Shown: piece by piece, positions 1 to 12,805 of the stretch
Position numbering within the stretch: position 1 is the stretch's first letter
Layout: each line of letters begins with the position of its first letter
Assembly (NCBI RefSeq): GCF_006345805.1
Contig: NC_042998.1
Location: 113,522,001-113,586,000, forward strand
Source of the DNA: Octopus sinensis
Taxonomy: Eukaryota
Direction: 5' to 3'
DNA: 64,000 nucleotides
Program-made: the position numbers and the translations under genes
The notes under the pieces: generated by a model
Told to the model about the DNA's origin: nothing
What the model saw: only the letters and a program-made list of their open reading frames with translations
Database searches by the model: none

Positions 1-253
1 GTTTAAACATTTATAAATTTAAAATTTAAAGAAAAAAAAAAATTTATAAAATTTTAAATTTAAATAATTTAAATTTTTACACTTTATATTTTATATATTT
101 TGTATATATAGATATTATTTTCATGTTTGGTTTATGTTTTTCACTGTTTGATTTGCTAATAGTGGTTTTATCTCTAATTTAATTTATATTTATACTGTGA
201 AATTTGATTTAATCCTAATCTAATTTTGCCTGAAAGTTTAGATTACTCCCTAA

Positions 254-258
<5 letters not shown>

Positions 259-336
<78 letters not shown>

Positions 337-358
337 GTATATATATATGTATATATAT

Positions 359-415
<57 letters not shown>

Positions 416-425
416 GTATATATAG
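259..425. repeat. (TA)n microsatellite
   Basis: Direct inspection. Confidence 0.95.
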
Positions 426-442
426 TTATGTGTATGAGTCTT

Positions 443-651
443 TGTGTCTGTGGTTGTCCCCCACTATCACTACTTGACAACCGATGTTGGTGTGTTTACG
501 TTTCCGTAACTTAGTGGTTCGGCAAGAGACGAAAAAAAAGTACTAGGCTTATAAATATCCTGAGGTCGATTTGTTCGACTAAAACCCTTCAAGGCGCTGC
601 TCCAGCATGGCCACAGTCAATGGCTGAAACAAATAAGAGAGTAAAAGAATA
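443..651 (+). mobile_element. SINE family A, 3' half
   Basis: CTTGACAACCGATGTTGGTGTGTTTACG...CTCCAGCATGGCC...GTAAAAGA matches the full copies at 62291 and 49087. Confidence 0.85.
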
Positions 652-714
652 CATACATACATACATACATACATACATACATACATCCATCCATACATAC
701 ATAAATACATGCAT

Positions 715-752
<38 letters not shown>

Positions 753-1617
753 ATACGTATGTTGGTGCAAACAGGAAAAATAGAACCAAAATATGAGTAT
801 ATATGTATTTTTATTAATATTTATCAGAAGCAACTAAGTGAATCAAAGCCTGAGAGTTTCGTGCGTTGGCACACGTAAAGACACAATTACGTATACAAAT
901 ATATATACATATACACATAAATATGTTCGTTTTTGTGTTTGTCCATCTACCGCTTGAAAGCCAGTGTTGGCTTCTTTATGTCGGACATTATTTCTGAAGA
1001 ATCTACTCTGCTTTCCAAAAACCTAAAAGTGAAACATTGGGAGTTTGTAACTTTTGAAAGTTGTGTGGTGATAGGTGGATGTTTTGGAAGGAAATGTTAG
1101 TGTTTCTATAAGAAAAAAGAAAGAAGAAAATTCTTAAAGATTCGTGCTCTCTGTTTTTTCTCCGTGAATTACCAAGAAAAAGATTTAAAAAAGTAATAAA
1201 TGAAGAAATTGGGATGGGAAGGGAGAAAATTAAAATACGTCTTTTGGGCGAAATCCCAATCTCTTGTATTGAAAACATAGGAATCGGAAGAAATTTAGGG
1301 AAAAATCAGGGGGGAGGGGCGCAAATGTCATCCCGGACACGCTAGAAAACAACAGGTAAAGAGCAGGATTTCTGGGAGAACTTCCTTTTAAATTTATATC
1401 GAAGATCAGATTTTTAAATACACTCATCACAGAATAGAAAAAAAAAATGATTTCAATTGGATTTGAGCTGTAATTTTGCGCGTGCACATAGCAAGAAGTT
1501 TTACCTAGTGTGTGTGTGTGTGTCAGAGGAAGTTATTTTATGGCATTTTTGTGTTTGAAGCAGGAAAGAAAGTTGTTACTTCGATCATATGGTCGATCAT
1601 ATGGGATCATATAATTG

Positions 1618-1811
1618 TTCGTTAATTTCTGTAAAATTTTTTGTTTTATTTCTTTATGATTCGAAGAGAGCAGAAATTGAAAGAGAGGAGAAAGTGAAAA
1701 GGCGACATTTGCTTTTAAGTGAGAGCAGAAAGTGAAAGAGAGGAGAAAGTGAAAAATGTATGTACGTGTATATGAAATGGACATGTGTATGTGTGTGTGT
1801 GTGTGTGTGTA

Positions 1812-1858
<47 letters not shown>

Positions 1859-2450
1859 GAGTGAAGGTGTGTGTTGTCACGTATGTATATGTAAGTGGCA
1901 CTCACTATCTCTTTCTCTCTCTCTGTCTGTTTCTCTCTCTCACACATACATTATCTTTCATATGCACGTACAAAAATACATATACATACATCTTTTTTTG
2001 CATGTGTGCGTGTACATGTGAGAGAGAAAGTGAGTGACTTTATTTCTTCATAACATATAGAGAAATGGATGTCTTTTAAGGTACACACTCGTATAGAAAA
2101 TGGGACGTCATCGTCGTCGTGGTATAAAATATTGTTTAGGATAGTTGAATTGCAGAAAGATTATAAGGTTAAATTTTTGTAATGCAAATATGTAAATGAA
2201 AATAAAGTTAATTTGTTAGCCGAAACATTACTAAATCTTTTAATATCCCATACGTCAAAATCGACAACTCGTTTTCGAATGTATTCGTTAATTTCCGTAA
2301 AATATTTTTTACTTCTTTATGCTTTGAAGAGAGCTCAAATTGAAAGAGAAGAGAAAGTGAAACGACGACATTTGCTTTGAAGTGAGAGCAGAAAGGGAAA
2401 GATGTATGTACATGTATACAAAATGGACATGTGTGTGTGTGTGTGCATGT

Positions 2451-2500
<50 letters not shown>

Positions 2501-3104
2501 TGAGTGAGTGAAGGTGTGTGTTGTCATGTATGTATTTTTTTGCATGTATGTGTGTCGCTCACTCTGTCCCTCTCTCTGTCTCTCACACATACACCTTACA
2601 TATGCATGTACATAAATACATATACATACATCTTTTTGTATATATGTGTGCATGTGCTTGTGAGAGAAAGAGAGAGTGAGTGACTGTATTTGTCATAACA
2701 AGTAGAGAAATGGATGTCTTTTAAGGTACACACTCATATAGATATGTGACGTCGTCTTCGTTGTCGACGTGGTATAAAATGTTTATGATAGTTGACTTAT
2801 AGAAAAGATTATAATGTAAACTTTTTGTAATGCAAATATGTAAATGAAATATAGTTTATTTGGGTAGTCGTAAGATTATTGATTCTTTCGATACCCCATA
2901 CATCAAAATTGGCAACTCAGTTTTCGAATGTATTCGTTAATTTCCGTAAAATATTTTTTACTTCTTTATGCTTTGAAGAGAGCTCAAATTGAAAGAGAAG
3001 AGAAAGTGAAACGACGACATTTGCTTTGAAGTGAGAGCAGAAAGTGAAAGATGTATGTACATGTATACAAAATGGACATGTGTGTGTGTGTGTGTCTGTG
3101 TGCA

Positions 3105-3156
<52 letters not shown>

Positions 3157-3596
3157 TGAGTGAGTGAAGGTGTGTGTTGTCATGTATGTGTTTTTTTGCA
3201 TGTATGTGTGTCGCTCACTCTGTCCCTCTCTCTGTCTCTCACACATCCACCTTACATATGCATGTACATAAATACATATACATACATCTTTTTTGTATAT
3301 ATGTGTGCATGTGCTTGTGAGAGAAAGAGAGAATGAGTGACTGTATTTCGTCATAACAAGTAGAGAAATGGATGTCTTTTAAGGTACACACTCATATAGA
3401 ATATGTGACGTCGTCTTCGTTGTCGACGTGGTATAAAATGTTTATGATAGTTGACTTATAGAAAAGATTATAATGTAAACTTTTTGTAATGCAAATATGT
3501 AAATGAAAATATAGTTTATTTGGTAGTCGTAAGATTATTGATTCTTTCGATACCCCATACATCAAAATTGGCAACTCAGTTTTCGAATGCATAAGG
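1618..3596. repeat. Tandem array of three ~650-bp units with embedded (TG)n/(GA)n
   Basis: Units start at TTCGTTAATTTC at 1618, 2284 and 2933; the unit end is homologous to the dispersed copy at 30665-30755. Confidence 0.9.
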
Positions 3597-4129
3597 AAGA
3601 TACACACATACACACACTATATATATATATCTCACTCTTTTATATATATGGAAGACGAGTGGCTATTTATCTATGGAAGAAAATAAAAGACATATAGTGT
3701 ATTGCTTGAATACGTTGGTAAAGTTTTAATAAAACTTTACCAACGTGATTTGAAAACAAATATAAAAACAGTTTACCTTCAACTTGTTTAACATCTGTTG
3801 TTGGACATATTGTAAAAGTTTTGACTGAGCATACGATAGTTAATTCACTAAAGTATATGCGTTAAGTGATAGGAAGAAATGAAAGAACAAAATGTTAAAA
3901 TTCGCTCCTCCCTTCACTAAAGACACATTCTGTCTCGCCCGCTCTGTCCTTGTCTGTCCTTGTCTCTGTTTGTCTCTCACATTCCCTGTATGTCTATCTC
4001 TTTCGGTCTCCTCCTCTTCCCTGATTTCAGCCACCCTCATTATTCCACATTTCTCTGAACCTAACACTTTTGCACCCTCTCATTTAATCATGTAATAGCT
4101 CAACCTCCGTAGTCGGTCCATTATCAATC

Positions 4130-4290
4130 TTTATTGAAATCCAGTTAGCTTATAATTGAATTGGATATTAGTTCAGCATGTATACAAAGTTTGGTGAAGA
4201 TTGGTTCGCTGGTTTGGGCTGCAGGATGGTAACAGACAAACGGACAGACAGAATGTTTTGGACTTTATTTTTCGTTTGTTCCAGATCTCT
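4130..4290 (+). mobile_element. Possible DINE-1/Helentron-associated-type non-autonomous fragment
   Basis: Motif CAAAGTTTGGTGAAGATTGG...ACAGACAAACGGACAGACAG resembles this repeat class (recalled consensus). Confidence 0.35.
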
Positions 4291-4375
4291 CTCACTCTCC
4301 CCACTTTCTCTCTATGTATGTATGTATGTATGTATGTATGTATGTACGTATGTATATATCTATTTGCCTGCTCAC

Positions 4376-4465
<90 letters not shown>

Positions 4466-5259
4466 GAAATAGAGATTAAAACAGACAGAGAGAAAGTTTG
4501 AGAATGAATTGACAAGGAAAATGTTTATTCTGGGTGGGTGAGTGAGATAACAGAAAATTAAAAGAAAAAATGAAACGGAATAAAAACGAACTAAACATTT
4601 ATCATCTTTTAAGTTGGTATTTCTATATAATTCATTCTTTTGATTTTTCTTAAATCATTTACCTTTTTCAGTCTTGTGTTTTATGCTCCCATCTCTTACC
4701 TTCCTCCTCACCCATTATTTGTTTTACTTTATAAATATTTAATTTTCAGAACGATTTCACAATGAAACGTTTTCAAAACTAAAATAAAGCAGTCTTATTT
4801 ATGTGATTGCTGCATCACTCCACTTGCATTTTTTAAATACCTTCTACTCATCTCCGTCACACTCCGTCACAACCGCCGCCGCCGCCCGTGCCGCCGCCGC
4901 CGCCGCCCGTGCCGCCGCCGTCACCGCCTCACTGCTTCACCGCCAATCTACCGCCGTCACAACTTTCACCTTCACCGTCATTCACCAACTTAACTCAACA
5001 AAGATCACTCAATCTGCTAGAAATAACAGCCAAATATCCATCATATCATATTTGATAACACAGTCTGGAATAAAAGTGAGGTGGTCACGGCAGGAATGAC
5101 GTTGGACATAGATTTGTTTAGCCAGAGCTCACCTGGGATTAAACAACATCATCTACAACAACAAGAAGCCATAACAACAATAAACTATATAACTGCCATT
5201 GGCACCATCATCTTCATGGTCATCAACATGGCCATCACAAATTTCATCATTATCCTCAC

Positions 5260-5540
5260 CCTGTTATTACTACCACAACCAGCACCAGCATCACCACCAC
5301 CACCACCAGCCCCAGCCCCCCTCCACCACCACCACCACCACCAGCTCCCCCCCCCCCGCCACCACCAGCCCCCCCCCCAGCCCCCCGCCACCACCACCGC
5401 CGCCGCCGCCGCCGCCACCACCACCACCACCACCACCACCACCAGCACCACCACCACCATTACTACCACCATCACCACTATCACCATCACTACCATCGCT
5501 ACCACCGCCACCGCCGACGTCATCCCTGCTTTCACCCCCG
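5260..5540. repeat. (CCA)n/(CCG)n low-complexity tract
   Basis: Direct inspection; accounts for the Pro/His/Thr-rich ORFs. Confidence 0.9.
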
Positions 5541-6484
5541 CCCCCGCGCTAAATAATTCTCACCCACCACCTTCATCATCGCTTTTACAACCATCATCTC
5601 GCCTGCACAATCCCCTCCATCACCCTCTTCCCATCTCCATAACTTTCATCACTGCGATCACTCTAATATTACCGACATCCCACCCCTACCATCATCCCAC
5701 TATTAACACCACCACCGCAATTTTCATCATACTCTCCCGTTTGAAAACTCCCCGCCATCACCACCTACATCACCACCATAAATCACTACCACTTCCCACC
5801 ATCTCTGCTGCTGCCATCACCTCTCTACTACCACCAACTCCAACACTACTATTACTTTCCCCCCACTATCACCATCACCTCCATAAATACCATCAACATC
5901 CCACTATCACCGCCATTTAACTCGGTTTGCTTTTTCAATATTCAAAACTATCGTTCTTCACAGTTCGCCATATATACTTAAACAGATTATTTTTCTTTTG
6001 CCGCGTTCATTGGCCCCCTTTCATCTTGTTCATTTTTAGACAATCTTCTCTTGCACAAAGCTATCATTTTCTCTTTACTCGTCACTTCAGTTCTGGCAGA
6101 CGACATCAGCAGAGCAAACATCCAGAAGTGTTTGTTAATATCCTTTCGCAACATCGTTTTCATCGTCTTCCTAACTATTAACGCATAATCGGAGTTTTAA
6201 GTTGGAGAGGAATTACAGAGAAGAAAGAAAAGAAAGGGATACAGATATAGAAAGACAAACAGAGAAGGGGGGAAAGACGGAAAAAGAGGGGGCAAAGATG
6301 CAAAAAGAAATTGAGAGATAGTGTGATAGAGAAAATTATGGGTTGTACTCTTGCGATGTTTCATTTATTGGCCTTACATTAAACAATCGCCTTCGATCAT
6401 AGGGTTTGGGGTGTTCTGGAGGCATAACCTGCCATTAGGAAAGAAGAAAAAAATGGGAGCGTGCAATAATAATAATAATAATAA

Positions 6485-6584
6485 NNNNNNNNNNNNNNNN
6501 NNNNNNNNNNNNNNNNNNNNNNNNNNNNNNNNNNNNNNNNNNNNNNNNNNNNNNNNNNNNNNNNNNNNNNNNNNNNNNNNNNNN
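6485..6584. other. Assembly gap (100 N)
   Basis: Run of N. Confidence 1.
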
Positions 6585-6872
6585 GATTCTTCTCTCACTT
6601 TTATATGGTGTTGGTTTGTTTATCCTCTCGTATTTTGTTACACCTGTGTAAGAGAATGAGATCTAATGGAAATAAATGAAGTATTTTGGATATTGTTTGG
6701 CATTCTTCAAGTATTGATCTTACAGCAATATGATTTGAAAAGGTTAAAAAAAAAAAAAATTTTCCTCACGGGAACATTCATCCCGAACATAATTAAGTAA
6801 CCTCCCGCGGAAAGAATACAATCGAGCTGAGCAAATCAGCAGATGGAAACTGAAAGAAGCCTGTCATGTATA

Positions 6873-7097
6873 TACTCTTTTACTCTTTTACTTGTTTCAG
6901 TCATTTGACTGCGGCCATGCTGGAGCAGCGCTTTTAGTCGAGCAAATCGACCCCGGGACTTATTCTTTGTAAGCCCAGTACTTATTCTATCGGTCTCTTT
7001 TGCCGAACGCTAAGTGACGGGGACGTAAACACACCAGCATCGGTTGTCAAGCAATGCTAGGGGGACAACACAGACACCAAACACACACACAACACAC

Positions 7098-7130
<33 letters not shown>

Positions 7131-7301
7131 CATATATGAGACAGCTTCTTTCAGTTTCCGTCTACCAAATCCACTCATAAGGCATGGGTCGGCCCGGGGC
7201 TATAGCAGAAGACACTTGCCCAAGATGCCTCGTAGTGGGACTGAACCCGGAACTATGTGGTTGGTTAGCAAGCTACTTACCACACATCCACTCCTGCGCC
7301 T
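6873..7301 (-). mobile_element. SINE family A, full length
   Basis: tRNA-like head GGCGCAGGAGTGG..GTGTGGTAAGTAGC...GGTTCAGTCCC, internal microsatellite, (GTAAAAGA)n tail. Confidence 0.9.
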
Positions 7302-7329
7302 ATATATATATATATATGCTGGATTGGCC

Positions 7330-7495
7330 CCCAACATCGCTTGACAACCGATGGTAGTGTGTTTACGTCCCCGTAACTTAGTTCGGCAAAAGAGACCGAT
7401 AAAATAAGTCCTGGGGTTAATTTGCTCGACTAAAGGCGGTGTTCCAGCATGGCCACAGTAAAATGCCCGAAACAAGTAAAAGAGTAAAAGAGAGC
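7330..7495 (+). mobile_element. SINE family A, 3' half
   Basis: Homologous to the 3' half of other copies, in opposite orientation to 6873-7301. Confidence 0.85.
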
Positions 7496-7611
7496 GACTA
7501 CACACACACATATTTATATTTATATTTATATGTATGTATGTCTGTGTGAGTATGTCTCTTTTTGTCTCCTACCTCCACTTGACAATACACACACACACCA
7601 CACACACACAC

Positions 7612-7668
<57 letters not shown>

Positions 7669-8314
7669 CACATCAATACAGTGTATATTTAAAGACATAA
7701 GACGTAGCCATCATAGGACTACTTAAAATTTCGAACCACTATTAGAGATAAAATGTCGAAGGGAATGAAAAATAAAAACATTTACTATCTAACTCCTGGA
7801 CCAATGGTTTCAGACCTTTTTTTAGCAAATATAATAATTTGCTAGGCGAAGCGTTCTTCAGCAGGTACACCTTAGATTAAATATATATACACGAGGCAAT
7901 CCAGTATATGCCCCGTGCTTATACATTAGAATCGGAATGAGTTAGACGCATGAGAAGTTGTAATACTTGTGCCTTCTCAAAACTATGAGTGATTTTCTTG
8001 TCCTATTAAAGGGACAACTAAAGGCAGCCCTCGTGGATACATGGAATGAAATCTTCTTTGTTTGGAGAAGTAGGACGTATGGCATAAAATGTGTTGACTT
8101 CAAAAAGGAGGACTAAGCGAAAGATGGGTGTGTGTGTGTGTATGTCTATTTGTGTGTTTATGTGTGTCTGTGTGTATGTGCGTGTGTGTGTATGTGTGTG
8201 TGCGCGAGCGCGTCTGTGTCCGTGCCAACGTTTGTGAGTGTGTGTGCATGCATGTGTATCCGTGTCCGTGTCCACATTTGTGTGTGTGTGTGTGTGAGTG
8301 TGCGCGCGCGCGTA

Positions 8315-8356
<42 letters not shown>

Positions 8357-8671
8357 AGACTCCCACGTATGTAATGATGGCTTACTCTTTTTTTGTAAAT
8401 TATATCCTCTTTTACTTATTTTGTCTCATTCTTATCTAATTATCTCGTGTAATTATTTGTTTGTTTCTTTTTTTCACAATTTTAAACCACATCTCCATAT
8501 ATTATATGACGTCTTTCAATGGTCCTCACAGCTTTATATATCTGTTACCCCAGTTCACACCTTTATATTAATCACCACTAAACGTTTCATGCTTTTCTGT
8601 GTGTTTGAACAAATGCTATATCAAATTTCCCTCACTGGCTAAATAAAAGAAGTTATTTTTTGGTTATGATC

Positions 8672-8812
8672 AAGCAGCGAATTGGCTGAAACGTTATCAC
8701 GTCGGACAAAATACTTAGCGGCGTTCTTCCGGTTATTTGCATTCTGAGTTCAAATTCCGCCGAAGTCGACTTACCTTTCATTCTTTCGGAATTGATAAAA
8801 TAAGTACCAGTT
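8672..8812 (+). mobile_element. SINE family B
   Basis: GAGTTCAAATTCCGCCGAAGTCGACTT..CTTTCAT...GATAAAATAAGTACCAG. Confidence 0.8.
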
Positions 8813-8869
8813 ATCGATTTACCCCTCTTACAATTGAACGATTATTGCTATGATTTCTCTTTTTACTCC

Positions 8870-9232
8870 CTGTTTTCCTGCTGAACCAAGTCTGAACTGC
8901 TAGCCCGAAACACTATAAGGAAGATGTCACTTGACGAACAGAACTCTCCGTAAAATATATTAAGTTTCCTATAGAATGATAATCTGTTCTGGGTAAATGT
9001 TTTTGTTGTCTTCGGTCTTTCCTTCTTCTTCAGTCTTAGAATTACTGGTATAATTTCGGTGTTTGGGTTCCACATCCTGTTAATTTCTATCTCCAGATTT
9101 TTGCACTTGGTCAGCTACTGTGTTTGGCTTTCACAGAAGTGTTTCTTTCAGAATTATCTGTCTCTTATCCTTCTTGTCTTTGGTAACAATGTCAAAAGTG
9201 CTGTTTGCAATAAACTCTATCTGTTTTCCCAT
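8870..9232 (-). mobile_element. R4/Dong-like LINE 3' fragment (restriction-like endonuclease region)
   Basis: Frameshifted translation includes LEIEINRMWNPNTEIIPVI, typical of the RLE C-terminus. Confidence 0.6.
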
Positions 9233-9261
9233 GAACAAACAGTACAGGTGCAGTATTCACA

Positions 9262-9612
9262 AAATAAGAAAGATAGAGGGGGGGAAAAAGAAAGAGAGGA
9301 AGGAAAAAGAAAAGGAAGACAGAAAGGAAAAAAGAAATAATAAATGGAGAAAAGAAGAAAGAAAAAGAAAGAAATAAAGAGAGAAAGAAGAAGGAAAAAG
9401 TAAAGAAACAAAAGAGAAACACAGAAAAACAAAAAGAGAAAAAGAAAGAGAAAAAATACGAAAAAGGAAACCGAAAAATATGAAGAAAGAGAGGAGGAAA
9501 AAGAGAAAGAAAGGTATAAAGAAAGGGAGAAAAGGACAGAAATATAGGGGAAAAGAAGAGAAAGAAAAGAGGGATAAAAGAAAGAAAAAAGTAATTAACA
9601 AGAAAAGAGAGA
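9262..9612. repeat. ~350-bp polypurine tract
   Basis: Almost exclusively A/G on the + strand. Confidence 0.9.
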
Positions 9613-9844
9613 TGATGGATGAAATTTAAAGTGAGTTAATTCCAACGGTAATCAATATTCGGTAGTGTTGAGTATTGTTAGTAACATAATAGACAATAGC
9701 CGATATCACGAAAATTAGCACCATTTTACGGAGAAAGTGTTATAAATGAACTAAACATCAATACACAAATATCATTAGAATTGCTCTACTTGATAGTAGA
9801 GAAACATCAATGCTAAGTAGATTACAGCTTGATATCCTCTTTAG

Positions 9845-9919
9845 CTTGAAGGAGCAAAGCGTCATGTCGTTGAGAATCGATTGAGAGCAGAAACTGGCAT
9901 GTTATACAAAGGTGGGAAA
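9845..9919 (+). CDS. Candidate internal coding exon (LEGAKRHVVENRLRAETGMLYKGGK), gene unidentified
   Basis: Acceptor gatatcctctttAG, donor GTAAGT, 75 nt, phase 0-0, the only one of three frames without a stop; unique non-repetitive sequence. Confidence 0.55.
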
Positions 9920-10167
9920 GTAAGTTAGTGAATTGCTATCTGCCATGATGTATGTTGGATTACAGGATTACGGGAATACAGGAATGCGGGAATGCAGGAA
10001 TGCAAGTATACGAGAATGTTGAACACCGGCGATATATTTGATTTTAGTGAATATAATACTGCTATCTTTAGTTGATCGTATCATACTGCAAAGATGATAA
10101 TTGAATGAATATATATAGAAAGAAAGAAACGCTCAACACATCTAGTAGGACTTGCATATATTAATAT

Positions 10168-10294
10168 TTAAAACACTTTGGCTCGGCTCCATGCAACTTA
10201 AAGTTTTGTAGGCTCCTCACAGAAAGCTAGTTCGTTGGGTTCAAGGAGCCTACGAAGCTTTAAGTTGCATGGCGCCGAACCAAAATGCTTTAAG
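10168..10294. repeat. Short hairpin/MITE with ~50-bp arms
   Basis: CCATGCAACTTAAAG.TT.GTAGGCTCCT mirrored across a 26-nt spacer. Confidence 0.8.
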
Positions 10295-10333
<39 letters not shown>

Positions 10334-10346
10334 ATATATAATATAG

Positions 10347-10395
<49 letters not shown>

Positions 10396-10977
10396 GGGCG
10401 GCGTGTGTGGTGTGTATGTATATATACATACACACACACATATATATCACAACAAATATATGAAATCAAACCTAATAATGTATTTTGAAAGCATTTAATG
10501 TGCACGTTTCAGATCTGCGTAATATATAATAGGAAATACACCACTTAGACATACATAGGCACAAAAATACATAGTACATATACTTTTATTTATATATATA
10601 CATACAAATGGTCTAAGTATTATAATATGAACCAAGTATTAACCTCTTTAAAAATCAATTGGATCCCCTTATCCAACATTTCATAAATGTTAGAATAAAA
10701 TTTGGTGAATCAAACATAAATTGATAGCGGTAAGATGGAAAAGAAATTGTGCTCAACCCTATAGAACAAATCATGACCGGCTTATTAATACAATCTATGT
10801 AATTATGAGAGTACTACAGGTATCTTGAAAGGGATGAGAATGTTAGATATGATGGACCTACAGGCAAGGAAGGAACAAGAAAAAATACCCCAAGAGAGTA
10901 AAGAAAATATAGTCATCAGCATATCGCTCACAACACATTTGGAATTGTGAATTCGTCACTGAAAGAACTTAATGATA

Positions 10978-11396
10978 TACTCTCTTTACTCTTTTACTTG
11001 TTTCAGTCATTTGACTGCGGCCATGCTGGAGCACCACCTTTAGTCGAGCAAATCGACCCCGGGACTTATTCTTTGTAAGCCCAGTACTTATTCTATCGGT
11101 CTCTTTTTGCCGAACTGCTAAGTGACAGGAATGTAAACACACCAGCATCGGTTGTCAAGCAATGCTAGGGGCCAAACACACATACACAAACACACACACA
11201 CATACACACACACATATATATATACATATATACGACAGGCTTCTTTCAGTTTCCGTCTACCAAATCCACTCACAAGGCATTGGTCGGCCCGGGGCTATAG
11301 CAGAAGACACTTGCCCAAGATGCCACGCAGTGGGACTGAACCCGGAGCCATGTGGTTGGTTAGCAAGCTACTTACCACACAGCCACTCCTGCGCCT
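10978..11396 (-). mobile_element. SINE family A, full length
   Basis: Near-identical to 62291-62700 in reverse complement. Confidence 0.9.
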
Positions 11397-12014
11397 ATGG
11401 TTGTAAAAAGTTAAAAACTGCTCAGTGATACTAAAAATTTCGACATCAGCGGAGATGTAGATGCTTATATTTCCCAAGTAATGACTGCAACGGTGGGAAA
11501 CCCAAATTGTAATACTGAAACCGAGAAATAACCTTGCTCAAGCCTAAGAGCACGTAAATAAAATTATCAACAGGATGGAACTTTTAAGGATGAAGCATAA
11601 ACATCGGAAAATTGTTATAATACATCCGCAATATAAGAAAATAAATAAGTTCACTGACAAATTTTTACATGGGTATTTAAAATAAGAATAAATACCCCTT
11701 CCAACAAAAGCACAGACCGTAGAGGGAAAAGCCAGACATAGAGTACCGCGGAGTTCATAAAGACTGCAACTCGAAGGCTACCTCCAAACAATTCAAGAAA
11801 TACTCATTAAGTATCTTCTACACCAAAGCAGAGGGCAATAGCTAAATCGAAAACATAAGCAGCCTCATTGCTACTGTGACAGAATGTCCTACTCTAACAT
11901 AAAACATGTGCTAACCGAAAAAATCTGGAACAAAGTGTGAAAGAAAAAATAACAAACAACAGGAACTCGCTGAAAGAGATGGATCAAGAGAGATTTGGCG
12001 GAACTTAAGAATAT

Positions 12015-12180
12015 AGTCGCAGGCGTGGCTGCGTGGTTATGAAGTTCGCTTTGCAACCACATAGTTTTAGGTTCTGCTCCACTAAACGGCACCTTAGATA
12101 AGTATCTTCTACTATAGCCTCGGACCAACCAATGCATTGTGGGGGAATTTGGTAGATTGAAAATGTATGTAAGACCGTCT
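12015..12180 (+). mobile_element. SINE family A, diverged 5' half
   Basis: GCAGGCGTGGCTGCGTGG...CTTCTACTATAGCCTCGG...GGTAGA. Confidence 0.75.
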
Positions 12181-12283
12181 TATATATGTACTAACAGAGG
12201 AAGGAGTTGCGTAAAGGATGTATTTCCTATTATATACTACGGAATGATCTGAAACTTACGTAGCAAGCGCTTCCTAAATAACA

Positions 12284-12338
<55 letters not shown>

Positions 12339-12345
12339 CGCACCA

Positions 12346-12395
<50 letters not shown>
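12284..12395. repeat. (GCAC)n CpG-rich microsatellite
   Basis: Direct inspection. Confidence 0.95.
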
Positions 12396-12419
<24 letters not shown>

Positions 12420-12665
12420 ACCTTTAAGTTCGTTTATGGGAGAAGGGTTTTGAGTATGCATATAAAAGCTATTTTATCATGCCGGCTACAGCCTAATGAC
12501 ACCGACTACCAATAGCAGTTTTATGGGGTTGTACCGAGCTGTGCCGTTATAATGTAGGATAAATATATTTCTTTTTTACTCTAGGCACAAGGTCCGAAAT
12601 TTTGGGAGAAGGTGCCAGTCGATTAGATCGACCCCAGTACGCAACTGGTACAAATGATGATGAAG

Positions 12666-12723
12666 AAAAGAAAAGTTCTACATTGTGTTGTCCCCTCTGT
12701 GTTCGACCCTGTGTGGCTAATAA

Positions 12724-12724
<1 letters not shown>
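12666..12724 (+). mobile_element. Isolated 3' terminus of the same Tx1 family
   Basis: AAAGAAAAG.TCTAC.TTGT...TGTCCC...CTGTGTGGCTAATAAA matches 13627-13687; followed by (TCTA)n. Confidence 0.75.

Positions 12725-12805
<81 letters not shown>

Noticed and set aside
4803-5920. Pro/His/Thr-rich ORFs up to 279 aa
   Set aside because: Produced by (CCA)n/(CCG)n low-complexity DNA open in several frames; no domain recognised.
5990-6165. 58-aa minus-strand ORF with a short hydrophobic stretch and KRR
   Set aside because: Hydrophobic region too short for a confident signal peptide; no other support.
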